Under the pieces are notes generated by a model. The model had not been told where the DNA came from and did no database searches. It saw only the letters and a list, made by a program, of their open reading frames with translations. 25,849 bases of DNA from a virus (taxonomy: Duplodnaviria > Caudoviricetes): positions 1-25,849 of the IMG/VR virus record IMGVR_UViG_3300001380_000015; one strand, 5' to 3'. Positions 16,122 through 25,324 of the stretch are shown here, piece by piece (the first letter of the stretch is position 1; the number at the start of each line of letters is the position of its first letter). The translations under genes were made by a program, and so were the position numbers.

Positions 16122-16894
16122 TGAAGAATTGCATTAGTGTAATTTGTCAACGTCGTGCCTTCCAAACCAGGAGCTGTGTTAACTTCCAGCACATAACATT
16201 TATTTTCCAAGGAATTCCATATGATGTCCACTGCTCCAAAATCCAAACCAAGAGACCTGCAAGCACGAACAGTAAGATCATCAATGTTATCTGGTTTGAC
16301 AACATTATCCCGGCAAAACACCCAACCATTGTCATGGTTACGAATAAAGCTATCCACTTCTCCATCGAAATCCTTTTGTTTGCGTTTCTCTTGGACATCA
16401 ATCACTTGTCCGTTGAAGACATGTACCCTGAATTCTTTCCGCTTCTTTTTGTATTTCACATATAAAGGCACCCTCGGTAGCTCGTCCTCTGGACTCTGCA
16501 CCAATATGATACCCCGACCACCATGCGAATTCAATAAATTCCGACAGACTACTACATTTCCGGAGGTCAGCCAAGTATTGGCGACGGTACCATCCTGAGT
16601 CCACTCTGGACATGCTACATTCTCCTGTGTAAAACGCCTAAAGGCGCTAAGTTTGTTAGATGCAACTGCTACAGTAGGTGGTTTGTTCAACCATACCCGA
16701 CTCAGTGGTGTCCAAACAGGCCACTGACTACTTCCGTAATTGACAATCAATGAGCGTGGAGTAGGCCGATAGTTTCCATTTGGCCGAACTCGCCTAACCT
16801 TGTTCCCTAGTTCAACTGTAAGTTGGTTTGCCAGAACTCTAGCAGCATGGCTACCTAAATTATATGGTAACAATACCAGACGACTCGAAGGCAT
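16103..16894 (-). CDS. ATP-grasp peptide/amide ligase (RimK-like, phage type)
   Basis: NKL, SHGGRGI, EFRVHV, RNHDNGW, LDFGAVD, LEVNTAPG; ATG 16894 with AAGGAG SD. Confidence 0.9.
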   Translation of the reverse strand: MPSSRLVLLPYNLGSHAARVLANQLTVELGNKVRRVRPNGNYRPTPRSLIVNYGSSQWPVWTPLSRVWLNKPPTVAVASNKLSAFRRFTQENVACPEWTQDGTVANTWLTSGNVVVCRNLLNSHGGRGIILVQSPEDELPRVPLYVKYKKKRKEFRVHVFNGQVIDVQEKRKQKDFDGEVDSFIRNHDNGWVFCRDNVVKPDNIDDLTVRACRSLGLDFGAVDIIWNSLENKCYVLEVNTAPGLEGTTLTNYTNAILQWMRNQ

Positions 16895-18224
16895 CCTGCA
16901 TCTCCTTAGGCATCTTGTTGAAGTTCTTCGTAACACACGTATCACACACTACTCTAGTGGGTGTGATTGATGTGAACTTTGACATATTAATATTCAGCCG
17001 TTCCCCACACTTAGTACATTTTTCATGTTCACAAATATATCTCCACTCAAACATTGGAATGTCGGCATTGTTCCAAATTGGAACCATCGTATCAGTCTGC
17101 AACTCGGTGACATGCATTACAATACCATCACTCGGCTTTCGGGCAATATTTATTACCCGACCAACAAGTGGTCCAGAGGCACTAAGATCGACTACATCTT
17201 CCCATTCCATTTCTGCCGGACAAATGGAAATAGCTCGTTGGAAGATTGGTTTGCCAGGAAGGTACACTTGCCCTTCTAACTTATATCTTGTCCATCCTTC
17301 ATCTGGTTGTAGAACCTTCACAGGATGAAAGAGAACATGAGTTCCTTTCGGGTAATGATTGTACCATTTCTGAAACTCGTTGGTTGGACGGGTCGCAGTC
17401 AGATCAATAATGTTCGACTTGGGTTCAACTTCCAGGTCTCGTTTAACTTCTTCTTCTAGTCTCTTTAATTCGCTCTCAAAAGGTTTTTCAAATATATCCG
17501 GTTCCCAATGGGTTCGTTTGACCACTCGTTCCGGAAGTTTGGAAGTGGATATATTCAGTGTTCCCTTAGTCCATTGGAATTTGTAGAGTTCCCGAGGAGG
17601 AATCAACTTCATATTGGTAGACTTCGTCGCATTTCTGGCCATAACCCAACCACCCATGTAACCTTCTGAAGCCAGAACAAATATCTTTTCACTCTCTATA
17701 ATACATAGGGGTCGTTCGTCATTTCGAACTGCATATAAACATTTGTCATTCAAGTCATACCAAACTAATGCCCATGCTCCACCCAATTCTGCCAGAGTTT
17801 TTTCATAGCCATCTTTGGCAAAGCTTTGGCACACTGCATGACTATCTACCTCTGCATCACCTACGTCATTCTTATGGTTGGGAATAGTCCCATTGTGAAC
17901 AAGGATGATGTTCCCTTCCACAAATGGATGGGCATTGTCTCGTGTAATAGCTCCTTGAGTTGCCTTTCGGTTGTGCCCGACAACAATGTGTCCGGTTGAA
18001 ACTGCCATACTACGGGTGTCTTCCCATTGTTTTGTACCAACAAAGTTCAGAGGATGGGTTGCAGCTTTTGTGATTCGCACTTGGCTATTACCCAGGACTG
18101 CAAAAACACCAGTGGAATCCTTCCCACGAAGGGAATCCACAATCAACATCTCTTCAAAAATCGTCAAATCTCCAGGCCATAATGCGGCCTTGTTTTTGGC
18201 AATAACTCCAACGATACCACACAT
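16860..18224 (-). CDS. Class II (Ntn) glutamine amidotransferase with C-terminal extension and Zn finger
   Basis: M-CGIVG, RGKDSTG, GHNRKAT, NAHPF, HNG, VDS, RPL; CTKC...CDTC at the C-terminus. Confidence 0.92.
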   Translation of the reverse strand: MCGIVGVIAKNKAALWPGDLTIFEEMLIVDSLRGKDSTGVFAVLGNSQVRITKAATHPLNFVGTKQWEDTRSMAVSTGHIVVGHNRKATQGAITRDNAHPFVEGNIILVHNGTIPNHKNDVGDAEVDSHAVCQSFAKDGYEKTLAELGGAWALVWYDLNDKCLYAVRNDERPLCIIESEKIFVLASEGYMGGWVMARNATKSTNMKLIPPRELYKFQWTKGTLNISTSKLPERVVKRTHWEPDIFEKPFESELKRLEEEVKRDLEVEPKSNIIDLTATRPTNEFQKWYNHYPKGTHVLFHPVKVLQPDEGWTRYKLEGQVYLPGKPIFQRAISICPAEMEWEDVVDLSASGPLVGRVINIARKPSDGIVMHVTELQTDTMVPIWNNADIPMFEWRYICEHEKCTKCGERLNINMSKFTSITPTRVVCDTCVTKNFNKMPKEMQDAFESSGIVTI

Positions 18225-19342
18225 TAACGATTTCTCCCAACAAATTGTTGAAATACCTCAACCATTTCCTGATTGTTGCGCATATTTGCATCCTGAATGG
18301 CCCATTGGGCATTATCCAATGCCCTGTCAGGGGGTACCGCAACCGCCGCGACGGGCTCGAATCTGAATGGTCTAATTTCTACCAATTCATCTTCGGGTCT
18401 TAACTCGTACCTCACTTGTTGACTTGGTTGTTTGGTACTTTCCAACCACTTTGAGACATTCACAGCTTTCTCGGAAACGAGTGCTTTCTTGAATGCAGAT
18501 GACAACACTCCAAATTTCACAGCACGTACTCCCGCCTCCATATCTTCGGGAATATACAGTGGATTAAACAACTTTATTTGTGAACCAAAAACCAACTCCG
18601 CAAACTGCAAGTATTGGGAATTAGTATTCAAATCAAGGATGGACTTGATGAAATTAATCTGGTTGTTTAGTACATACTTCTTGAGAGAAGTCAACAGATT
18701 AATCCAATTACAAACCAAGTCCAAATCACGAGTGCCATGAAGTTGCCTAAACTCCAACGTACCAAAGTTATGCAGTGAAGCAGTATTCAGACCAGTATAC
18801 CGTGTGTCGTTTCCTTGGATAGCTCCACGTTGCTCCAATTGGAATTTGAAATCGTGGAAAAGATTGGCGACCCTAGCTGTGTCTTGCATTGGCACACAGA
18901 AGACTGACTTATCCCGATCATGGCCAATAAATCTATACAACGATCTCTCGAAGACAAGATACAACAAAATAATCGAAGAGATCAAATCAATAGTATTGTC
19001 GAGTACATTCAGGTGAACATGGATACTTGTGCGTGGACTGAATGTTGCCTCAGTTTGCAAGTAATTATAGAACAGTGTCAAAGCCTTGGACAATTGGTCT
19101 CCACGAATGGGAGGTGAAACAAATTCTTGCCCATTGTTCCGAAGAGACCCGTCGGCTTTCATAGTCCAAATTCCCTTAAACTCTTCAGGATATTTGGTTA
19201 TATTCTCGACTTCAATTTCGATGCCACAAAATTCATCATCATGAATAATCAGAGGACCAGATTTGTACTTGCTAAGAATCTTAATGGCAGTTATGTTATT
19301 TTTCGGAGACTCTATTCCTATTAGTTCAGATAATCTGGACAT
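18224..19342 (-). CDS. Amidoligase (COOH-NH2 ligase, Amidoligase_2-like)
   Basis: GIEIEVE, DGSLR, EFVSP, SIHVH, RY.GLN, TLEFR; ATG 19342 with GAGG SD. Confidence 0.88.
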   Translation of the reverse strand: MSRLSELIGIESPKNNITAIKILSKYKSGPLIIHDDEFCGIEIEVENITKYPEEFKGIWTMKADGSLRNNGQEFVSPPIRGDQLSKALTLFYNYLQTEATFSPRTSIHVHLNVLDNTIDLISSIILLYLVFERSLYRFIGHDRDKSVFCVPMQDTARVANLFHDFKFQLEQRGAIQGNDTRYTGLNTASLHNFGTLEFRQLHGTRDLDLVCNWINLLTSLKKYVLNNQINFIKSILDLNTNSQYLQFAELVFGSQIKLFNPLYIPEDMEAGVRAVKFGVLSSAFKKALVSEKAVNVSKWLESTKQPSQQVRYELRPEDELVEIRPFRFEPVAAVAVPPDRALDNAQWAIQDANMRNNQEMVEVFQQFVGRNR

Positions 19343-19964
19343 TTTGATCCTCAATATTTCTGAAGTAGTCCGTAACTTCTTGGGTAAAAACTTTCTCCCG
19401 AAGGATGAGTCGATCATCCAAAGGAATGTACTCTGCAATAGGCGTACTAAGATACCATAACAGTAGCGTATCTTTGAACGGATGAATCCCCAAAGCCATT
19501 TCATTGGTGACTGGAACACTGAGAAGATTTTCATCTTTTAATTTTTGGAAAGCCTTTTTAAGAGACAACAAACTCCTTGATTCAAAAGCTGATTTTACTA
19601 ATTCCTCATTTAAATAAGCCTGACAACTGATAATAAACATTGCATAAGGGCAATCAAAATTAGTTGTATGAACGTGTATTCCTTTACGAAACTGACGAAG
19701 ATATTGCCGCATAAAGATAACGGCGCGTCTTTCGTGTAGAAAATAACCGAGTTTTGGAAACTCAAATGACAATTCAAAGTTGGTGTCATAGTTCAATTTG
19801 ATATCACCGAACGTTGAATTCTTGAGGAGTAAAACTGGAGGATTGCCGAGAATAACTTCTTGAACAAATACAACTTCCCATTTACCGGTCACTTTGGCAC
19901 GGATAAATGTATTCAAATACTTTTGGGCAAAATCCCGCCCAATTTGATCCCAGTTCTGAGCCAT
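19326..19964 (-). CDS. Hypothetical protein within the amidoligase cluster
   Basis: 212-aa ORF coupled to its neighbours; R...RQFRKG motif. Confidence 0.8.
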   Translation of the reverse strand: MAQNWDQIGRDFAQKYLNTFIRAKVTGKWEVVFVQEVILGNPPVLLLKNSTFGDIKLNYDTNFELSFEFPKLGYFLHERRAVIFMRQYLRQFRKGIHVHTTNFDCPYAMFIISCQAYLNEELVKSAFESRSLLSLKKAFQKLKDENLLSVPVTNEMALGIHPFKDTLLLWYLSTPIAEYIPLDDRLILREKVFTQEVTDYFRNIEDQNVQII

Positions 19965-20152
19965 TATGTGACTTTAAAACTTCTTACGATCTTGAAATCA
20001 TAATAATGAGGAAATTTTATATTACAGTTTTCAGGGTCAGTTGGAACTTTTTGTGCAAAAACCTCTGCTTTATTTCTGGAGTCAAACACACCAAGTATAT
20101 CCGATCCCTCATAGTCATGCCCGGCCTCAACAATCCAAACTTCAGATACCAT
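19964..20152 (-). CDS. Small hypothetical protein
   Basis: DYEG...ILGVFDS..KA; coupled. Confidence 0.7.
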   Translation of the reverse strand: MVSEVWIVEAGHDYEGSDILGVFDSRNKAEVFAQKVPTDPENCNIKFPHYYDFKIVRSFKVT

Positions 20153-20909
20153 AATCCCTCATGATTTGTTCAGCCAGAGGTTTATTCGACGTGTTAATGC
20201 ACTCCTGGATTCGCTCGGACTCGGCTTCAAGATAATCGAACTCTTCTCCATGCTCCGTCAACCACTCATGAGCACGTTGGGTTGAATCAAATGCCCACCG
20301 TTTGAGTTCATCCGACTTCAACCAGAAGTTGGACACAGCACGATATTCCACTCCCGGGTAATCCTTCGGACGACATGCACCCGCTTTTCCATAGAGTTCA
20401 CGACGCCGTACATCTTCATCCATAAGTACGGAAGGTACCCCAACAAACAAATCCATTGCCCGAGCCATATGGAACGGATTGTGGATTGTTTGGATGTGGA
20501 TGTGTCCACCAGCACTACGAAGGGATTTGTCGGCTGACTTAGGACGCGGATTAATCCGGCGTGTCCACGCATTGTAATCTGGATCACACCCAAATTCTCG
20601 CGCAGCCTTTGATTTCAATTGAGATTTGTCGAACTGAGCACTAGCGGTAATGCTCAGAGACAATCCTTTTTCCCTTACCAATTCCTCTATTGAAGCCAGA
20701 TTGAAATTGATTGCCTCAACAAAGCGTTCAATATCATTGGAGGGAGGTATATTAAATTCAACTGCTACATTGTCTTCTTGGAGAGCACACCCATCCTCTC
20801 GAATCATCTTTGGGAATCGTTTTGATCCACCAATGAGGTTAATTGCAGACTTAAAAATTCCTTCTTTGTCCACAAGGAACAGTTCGGGATCAGCACCAAT
20901 TGTAATCAT
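20142..20909 (-). CDS. phiEco32-like COOH-NH2 ligase type 2
   Basis: IGADPELF, QEDNVAVEFN, GCDPD, GGHIH, RRELYGKAG, VEYR..SN. Confidence 0.92.
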   Translation of the reverse strand: MITIGADPELFLVDKEGIFKSAINLIGGSKRFPKMIREDGCALQEDNVAVEFNIPPSNDIERFVEAINFNLASIEELVREKGLSLSITASAQFDKSQLKSKAAREFGCDPDYNAWTRRINPRPKSADKSLRSAGGHIHIQTIHNPFHMARAMDLFVGVPSVLMDEDVRRRELYGKAGACRPKDYPGVEYRAVSNFWLKSDELKRWAFDSTQRAHEWLTEHGEEFDYLEAESERIQECINTSNKPLAEQIMRDYGI

Positions 20910-21472
20910 TGAATGAGTAACTTCTTGGGAGTGGTATCAAAAATCATATCTTTCTTATCCAAGTTTGAGATTAACATGCGTAATTCCAACAAGTGATTAT
21001 TGTACAGTACATTACGAAATTCACTTACGGGAATCGAGTACTTGGCTACAATTTCATAGGCCGGTTTATGATAAATCCATTGTCCGTCGTCGAGAACTTT
21101 AACCAAGATACAGAGAGTGGGAACATGATTAATTTTCAGTCTTAAGAGTTCTTCAAAAATTCTTTTTGATTCACTCCTGTCATTGTACCAAAAAGTGGAG
21201 AGAGCACTAGCCCCACAACAAGAAAAAGGACTCGTGACCTGGCCAATCATTACTGCTCCATACTCTCCCCCAGGTTCAACCCATTGAAAGTTTGTACCCA
21301 GCATCGAACCGTTTCGTGTTATTTTTGTTCCATTTGGGAGATTAGAAAATATTCCCTTATATAAACCGTAAATAAAGGAGATTAATCTGTCCGTTGAACA
21401 CTTTTTAACTTTTACACCCATTTCTGAAAGATATCTTTTGTGTTCCTCAGTTATTTCAAATTCAACTGCCAC
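20906..21472 (-). CDS. Hypothetical protein with CCG motif
   Basis: GTG 21472 with GGAGG SD; PFSCCGASAL...EFRN. Confidence 0.7.
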   Translation of the reverse strand: MAVEFEITEEHKRYLSEMGVKVKKCSTDRLISFIYGLYKGIFSNLPNGTKITRNGSMLGTNFQWVEPGGEYGAVMIGQVTSPFSCCGASALSTFWYNDRSESKRIFEELLRLKINHVPTLCILVKVLDDGQWIYHKPAYEIVAKYSIPVSEFRNVLYNNHLLELRMLISNLDKKDMIFDTTPKKLLIQ

Positions 21473-22148
21473 AATATTCCTCCACGAGATTACGACAATA
21501 CTGCACAAAAGGTTTGTTAAACCCCATAAATTCGGGATGTCCTTGAATTGCAAGACATTTTACATCTGGAAACCACACGATTTCTGGTTCAATTTTGAAC
21601 CATTCATCAACATGCAAATCTTCTGGCATATCAATAGGTCGATCATCCTCCCCGAGATATACCTCCGATAATTGGGGGTTTGCATAAGCAATCACTTGGT
21701 GATTTGTATCAAAAGGATACATCATTTGATGATGTAATGATGTAGTCAAATAAGTTTCATGGTCAACAGTATATATTTCATGATCTTTTCCCACAGCATG
21801 CCCATTAACATGCTGGATTACCTTACCACCTGCAAGAGCACACATTAACTGTGCGCCCCGGCAAATACCAATAATTGGCAGCCCTTTTTTAATTGCAGCA
21901 ATTACAAGGGCTACTTCATACTGATCCCTTTTGGAAAGAATTTCAGATGCACCTGTGCGACTTCCGGGTTTTTCACCATATAGACTTGGACTGATGTCTT
22001 CCCCTCCCCAAAGGAGAAGGCAACCATTATCCGGTAAGTCTTCTGGATCGGCAACTACTTTACTTTGTGTAAAGATATCACGAAATGGATAGAATTCTTC
22101 AAACAAAGCACTACATAGTATTCGATCAATTACCTCGTTTTGGGACAA
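21462..22148 (-). CDS. Class I glutamine amidotransferase / peptidase C26-like (gamma-glutamyl hydrolase)
   Basis: GGEDI.P.LY, RD..E, GICRGAQ, HHQ, QGHPE (Cys-His-Glu triad); TTG 22148 with GGAGG SD. Confidence 0.92.
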   Translation of the reverse strand: MSQNEVIDRILCSALFEEFYPFRDIFTQSKVVADPEDLPDNGCLLLWGGEDISPSLYGEKPGSRTGASEILSKRDQYEVALVIAAIKKGLPIIGICRGAQLMCALAGGKVIQHVNGHAVGKDHEIYTVDHETYLTTSLHHQMMYPFDTNHQVIAYANPQLSEVYLGEDDRPIDMPEDLHVDEWFKIEPEIVWFPDVKCLAIQGHPEFMGFNKPFVQYCRNLVEEYCGS

Positions 22149-22401
22149 TTTCCCCCTCCGGTGTAACAGTTTTACATACAAATTCTGGTCGTCGGGCTTC
22201 AATAACTTCAATAGCCTGAAAAATGTATACCTGTTTCTCTAAGGCATTCTTAGCTAATTCTTCAGCTTCTCGACGACAGGTTTCTTCACTCATTAAAACA
22301 AAACGTGGCTTGGATTTTTCATCCAGAATGAAATCCCCGGAATCCGCTTGTCGAAGTTTTCCGAAATCTAACTGGCAAACCAAAAATGAACCGGCCATCA
22401 C
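22126..22401 (-). CDS. Hypothetical protein
   Basis: GGAG SD, GTGA overlap. Confidence 0.7.
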   Translation of the reverse strand: MMAGSFLVCQLDFGKLRQADSGDFILDEKSKPRFVLMSEETCRREAEELAKNALEKQVYIFQAIEVIEARRPEFVCKTVTPEGEIVPKRGN

Positions 22402-22577
22402 ACTTTCTCCAGGCGTTGACAGAGAACCTTGTAAGCTTCGGGTTGCATTGGCCGACCACCAATCTTGTGGAGGAATACGTGGCCCTTGATTCGCTTGATT
22501 TCAAAGCGAGACCAGTTTTCCCAACCACTTCCGACCCACACATCCACAAAATCAGGATTCAACAATTTGTAGAACAT
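22398..22577 (-). CDS. Small hypothetical protein (59 aa)
   Basis: Hand-translated MFYKLLNPDFVDVWVGSGWENWSRF...; fills the gap exactly. Confidence 0.7.
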   Translation of the reverse strand: MFYKLLNPDFVDVWVGSGWENWSRFEIKRIKGHVFLHKIGGRPMQPEAYKVLCQRLEKV

Positions 22578-22579
22578 GA

Positions 22580-22774
22580 TTATTTTACTTTCTTTACAAA
22601 TTTAAATTCGGGAGATGGAACTTTGCAGCGAAATTTCATTTCATTGCCCAGGACATAACATTTACTGTTGTTCACCCAAAATGATGAAAGGTCTCCATCT
22701 ATTTGTTCTTGGATGTCTTCTTCATCCTTAAAGGTAACAAATTCATTACCTTCATTGTGCAATAAAATATACAT
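22580..22774 (-). CDS. Hypothetical protein
   Basis: ORF track; AAGGA SD. Confidence 0.7.
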   Translation of the reverse strand: MYILLHNEGNEFVTFKDEEDIQEQIDGDLSSFWVNNSKCYVLGNEMKFRCKVPSPEFKFVKKVK

Positions 22775-22776
22775 GA

Positions 22777-23055
22777 TTATCCTTCCATTAAATGGTTTGC
22801 ATTAAGGGGTTGATTGTTTTCTATCCAATACAATTCTGCTTGGGGAATCTGGAATTTCAAAAGATCATACGTTGGCTCAGTAATACTTTCACAAAAGATC
22901 AATGGATTCATTGCTCCCATAAGAGTAAACCAAATATGTTCTCCAGTCAGATCAAAAACTATTCCATCTTTTTCAAATTCAAACGGGGCACTACAAAAAT
23001 ATGTAGTGTTTATTCCTCGAATAGAGGATGTAACAAAAACAAAATACTGTCTCAT
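22777..23055 (-). CDS. Hypothetical protein
   Basis: ORF track; ATGA overlap. Confidence 0.65.
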   Translation of the reverse strand: MRQYFVFVTSSIRGINTTYFCSAPFEFEKDGIVFDLTGEHIWFTLMGAMNPLIFCESITEPTYDLLKFQIPQAELYWIENNQPLNANHLMEG

Positions 23056-23534
23056 CGAATTTGTCCGGTTCGTTGACGTGTTAAGGTATCACTTAGTACA
23101 TTCCATCCGTCACATTGATAGATAACAAACAACTGTTCCGGAGATTCCAGAGTTTCCTTGGCATCCGCCAACCAACGAACTTTAAGGCACTTATACGGAC
23201 CCTTATCATCCTTGTGTTGCCAACGATTGAGGGCAACTATTACCCCCCAATTTTCACAGGTAAGAACGTCGAAATTGGAAGGTTTCCAACGGGAAACAAT
23301 TGATCGGACAACGAACCCTTTCTCTCGAACGTCAATCAGATATTCATCTAATTGATTCCAGCTTGTGAAACAAGGGGGAAGATAGCCACTGGCTTCAGGG
23401 GCTATAGGGGAATGGGCAGGTCGATCACCAATTTCTTCGACCCCACCAAAGTTTAGATATGCCTCGGCGTATTCATCATTTTCTACGTCGCCAACCGTGT
23501 GAACAATTGGCTCTGCGAATTTTACTTCCGGCAT
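23052..23534 (-). CDS. Hypothetical protein
   Basis: ORF track; tiles the operon. Confidence 0.7.
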   Translation of the reverse strand: MPEVKFAEPIVHTVGDVENDEYAEAYLNFGGVEEIGDRPAHSPIAPEASGYLPPCFTSWNQLDEYLIDVREKGFVVRSIVSRWKPSNFDVLTCENWGVIVALNRWQHKDDKGPYKCLKVRWLADAKETLESPEQLFVIYQCDGWNVLSDTLTRQRTGQIR

Positions 23535-23716
23535 TGTCTTACTTTCTTCTGAACATCAAGATAAAACTGTCCTCCCGAGAAATAATAACTGAGGATTTCA
23601 TATTCTCCGTCCATTCCACAAACTACAATATCTTTTTTGAGAGCTTCGGCAATCTTATAGACTGGAGTGTTGGGAGAACTATCCCCGTCGAATACAACAA
23701 AATCAATTGGTTTCAT
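23522..23716 (-). CDS. Hypothetical protein
   Basis: ORF track; tiles the operon. Confidence 0.65.
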   Translation of the reverse strand: MKPIDFVVFDGDSSPNTPVYKIAEALKKDIVVCGMDGEYEILSYYFSGGQFYLDVQKKVRQCRK

Positions 23717-23717
23717 G

Positions 23718-23954
23718 TTATTTTTTGTCCCTTGTTAAACCAACTATTTCATGTTCCCAAATTAATAGTGGAATTCCGGGAATAATATCTGGAGCATTCC
23801 TAACTCGATACTCAATTCCATCTCCTGTATTGTTGACCGATTGTATGTCTCCTTCAAAATCAAATCCCATTTGAAGCTTGTTTTCTCTGCTAAAACAGTG
23901 AACCATTTGACCAACCCTGTAACGTGGACCATCCTGAATCATGCTGTTCTCCAT
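23718..23954 (-). CDS. Small SH3/KOW-like hypothetical protein
   Basis: PRYRVGQMV...G.I..V....EYRV; fold inferred. Confidence 0.65.
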   Translation of the reverse strand: MENSMIQDGPRYRVGQMVHCFSRENKLQMGFDFEGDIQSVNNTGDGIEYRVRNAPDIIPGIPLLIWEHEIVGLTRDKK

Positions 23955-24121
23955 TCGTGGGTTTCAAAAGTCACACCATTTTTGGTGTGTTGACGTGTTA
24001 CACGATACAACCAAAATCCATTGCAGTTTTGGTACATGTCTGTTATCTGCCCACCCGCCAGTGTGGACCCAAGACTGTACAGTGGTGAAGCTGAACTTAT
24101 CGGCGGTCGATCACACTTCAT
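23939..24121 (-). CDS. Hypothetical protein
   Basis: Start moved to ATG 24121 (ATGA overlap). Confidence 0.55.
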   Translation of the reverse strand: MKCDRPPISSASPLYSLGSTLAGGQITDMYQNCNGFWLYRVTRQHTKNGVTFETHEWRTA

Positions 24122-24216
24122 TTCAAGAATACGGCAACGATCAAAATAATAACACCCGTCCAAACAATAATAGCAAATGCTGCAATGACTACTGCAACAA
24201 TGGTATCAATCTCCAT
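24118..24216 (-). CDS. 32-aa single-pass membrane peptide
   Basis: MEIDTIVAVVIAAFAIIVWTGVIILIVAVFLK; GAGGA SD; coupled stop. Confidence 0.65.
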   Translation of the reverse strand: MEIDTIVAVVIAAFAIIVWTGVIILIVAVFLK

Positions 24217-24600
24217 TCATTCCTCAATCTCAAGTGGCCAAGCTTTGTTGCCTACACGATGTTCATCGAATCCACTGTTTCTGGCAGCAGCATCAGCGTC
24301 CGCCTGAGATTTGTACCAACAAGACCAATCAATCGATCCTTGATATAGATTCACCCAAACTGTTCGTTTGACTTTAGCCATACCAATTAGATCCAAATCA
24401 GTTGGATTCATTCCATCATAACTTCCATCCAAGTCACAATCGAATGATATTCCTGGGAATTTTTCGGTAACAAATGACATTTGATTTAGAATTAAAGGAT
24501 TAATTCCAACAAAGAAGGCTTTTGATCCACTCCGCGTTAATGCAGGTTTCCCGGACCTGAATTCTTTGAGATTGAAAGGTTTCATTTCATTTGGCTCCAT
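24217..24600 (-). CDS. Conserved phage hypothetical protein
   Basis: KPFNL....GKP..TRSG...DL...WVNLY pattern. Confidence 0.75.
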   Translation of the reverse strand: MEPNEMKPFNLKEFRSGKPALTRSGSKAFFVGINPLILNQMSFVTEKFPGISFDCDLDGSYDGMNPTDLDLIGMAKVKRTVWVNLYQGSIDWSCWYKSQADADAAARNSGFDEHRVGNKAWPLEIEE

Positions 24601-24763
24601 TGATTACAACAGATTTTAGGGATTTCCACGGAAGGCAGGATTTGATTTCGGAAGTCTGAATTGCCGTCCGAACAGACTTGTTCACAGACTTGAGAGCATG
24701 CTCTCTTGACTTTCCGGAAATTACGATGGTCTTGCCATTTACATCAAATCGAAAATTGCTCAT
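24587..24763 (-). CDS. Small basic hypothetical protein
   Basis: ATG 24763 with GGAGGT SD. Confidence 0.7.
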   Translation of the reverse strand: MSNFRFDVNGKTIVISGKSREHALKSVNKSVRTAIQTSEIKSCLPWKSLKSVVINGAK

Positions 24764-24884
24764 AATGAATACCTCCGTGTGCAAACTGCTGGTTGGGGGG
24801 CTGCCATTCGTGCGAGAATACACTCAGTTTCGGTGTCGAAAACCGTGGCTGGACCTGAAAGGGACAACACAAGAACCCATGTTA

Positions 24885-25310
24885 TCATTGAAGTCTCCGA
24901 AGTAACTCCTTGTAGATATACTGATTTGCGAAGGCCGCACGAGCACGATCTATTAGCAGATCATATGTATCGGCTACCGCACAGGCAACCCCGGCTGATC
25001 TGGATATACCCACTTCACAATGAACCACTAAATAAAACGGTCGATCATCATCTGCCAGAATTTTAATAAAATCAGCAATATCATCCAGTTGTTCAGGGAT
25101 TGCAGGGGGATACCATTCAGCAGCTTTGGTATTTGGTTCTGTATCCCAAAATTGAATATGAATGGCGAATTTGAACTGTTCAGTGTTTTCCTTCTCTGTG
25201 TCAGGATCGCCAATACAAATGGCTGCAAGTCTTAGCCCATCATCTGTATAACGAATCCAATCATGTCTTCGAAAGAACTCTCGACTAACATGAAGTACTT
25301 GAGAAATCAA
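24885..25310 (-). CDS. Cys-dependent protein-tyrosine / dual-specificity phosphatase-like protein
   Basis: VVHCEVGISRSA (HCx5R), F.D loop, terminal N; TTG start with AAGGAG SD. Confidence 0.85.
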   Translation of the reverse strand: MISQVLHVSREFFRRHDWIRYTDDGLRLAAICIGDPDTEKENTEQFKFAIHIQFWDTEPNTKAAEWYPPAIPEQLDDIADFIKILADDDRPFYLVVHCEVGISRSAGVACAVADTYDLLIDRARAAFANQYIYKELLRRLQ

Positions 25311-25324
25311 TCAATTCTCCTTAA

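Noticed and set aside
19343-19534. Long N-terminal extensions in the track (also 16895-16945, 21473-21553, 1835-1900)
   Set aside because: They overlap upstream genes; internal starts have better SDs and coupling
24790-24860. c-di-GMP-I riboswitch or hammerhead (AGCCACGG...ATGGCAGCC; CTGA...GAA)
   Set aside because: No P1 GAAA tetraloop or GCAAA junction, and no CUGAnGA/GAAA core
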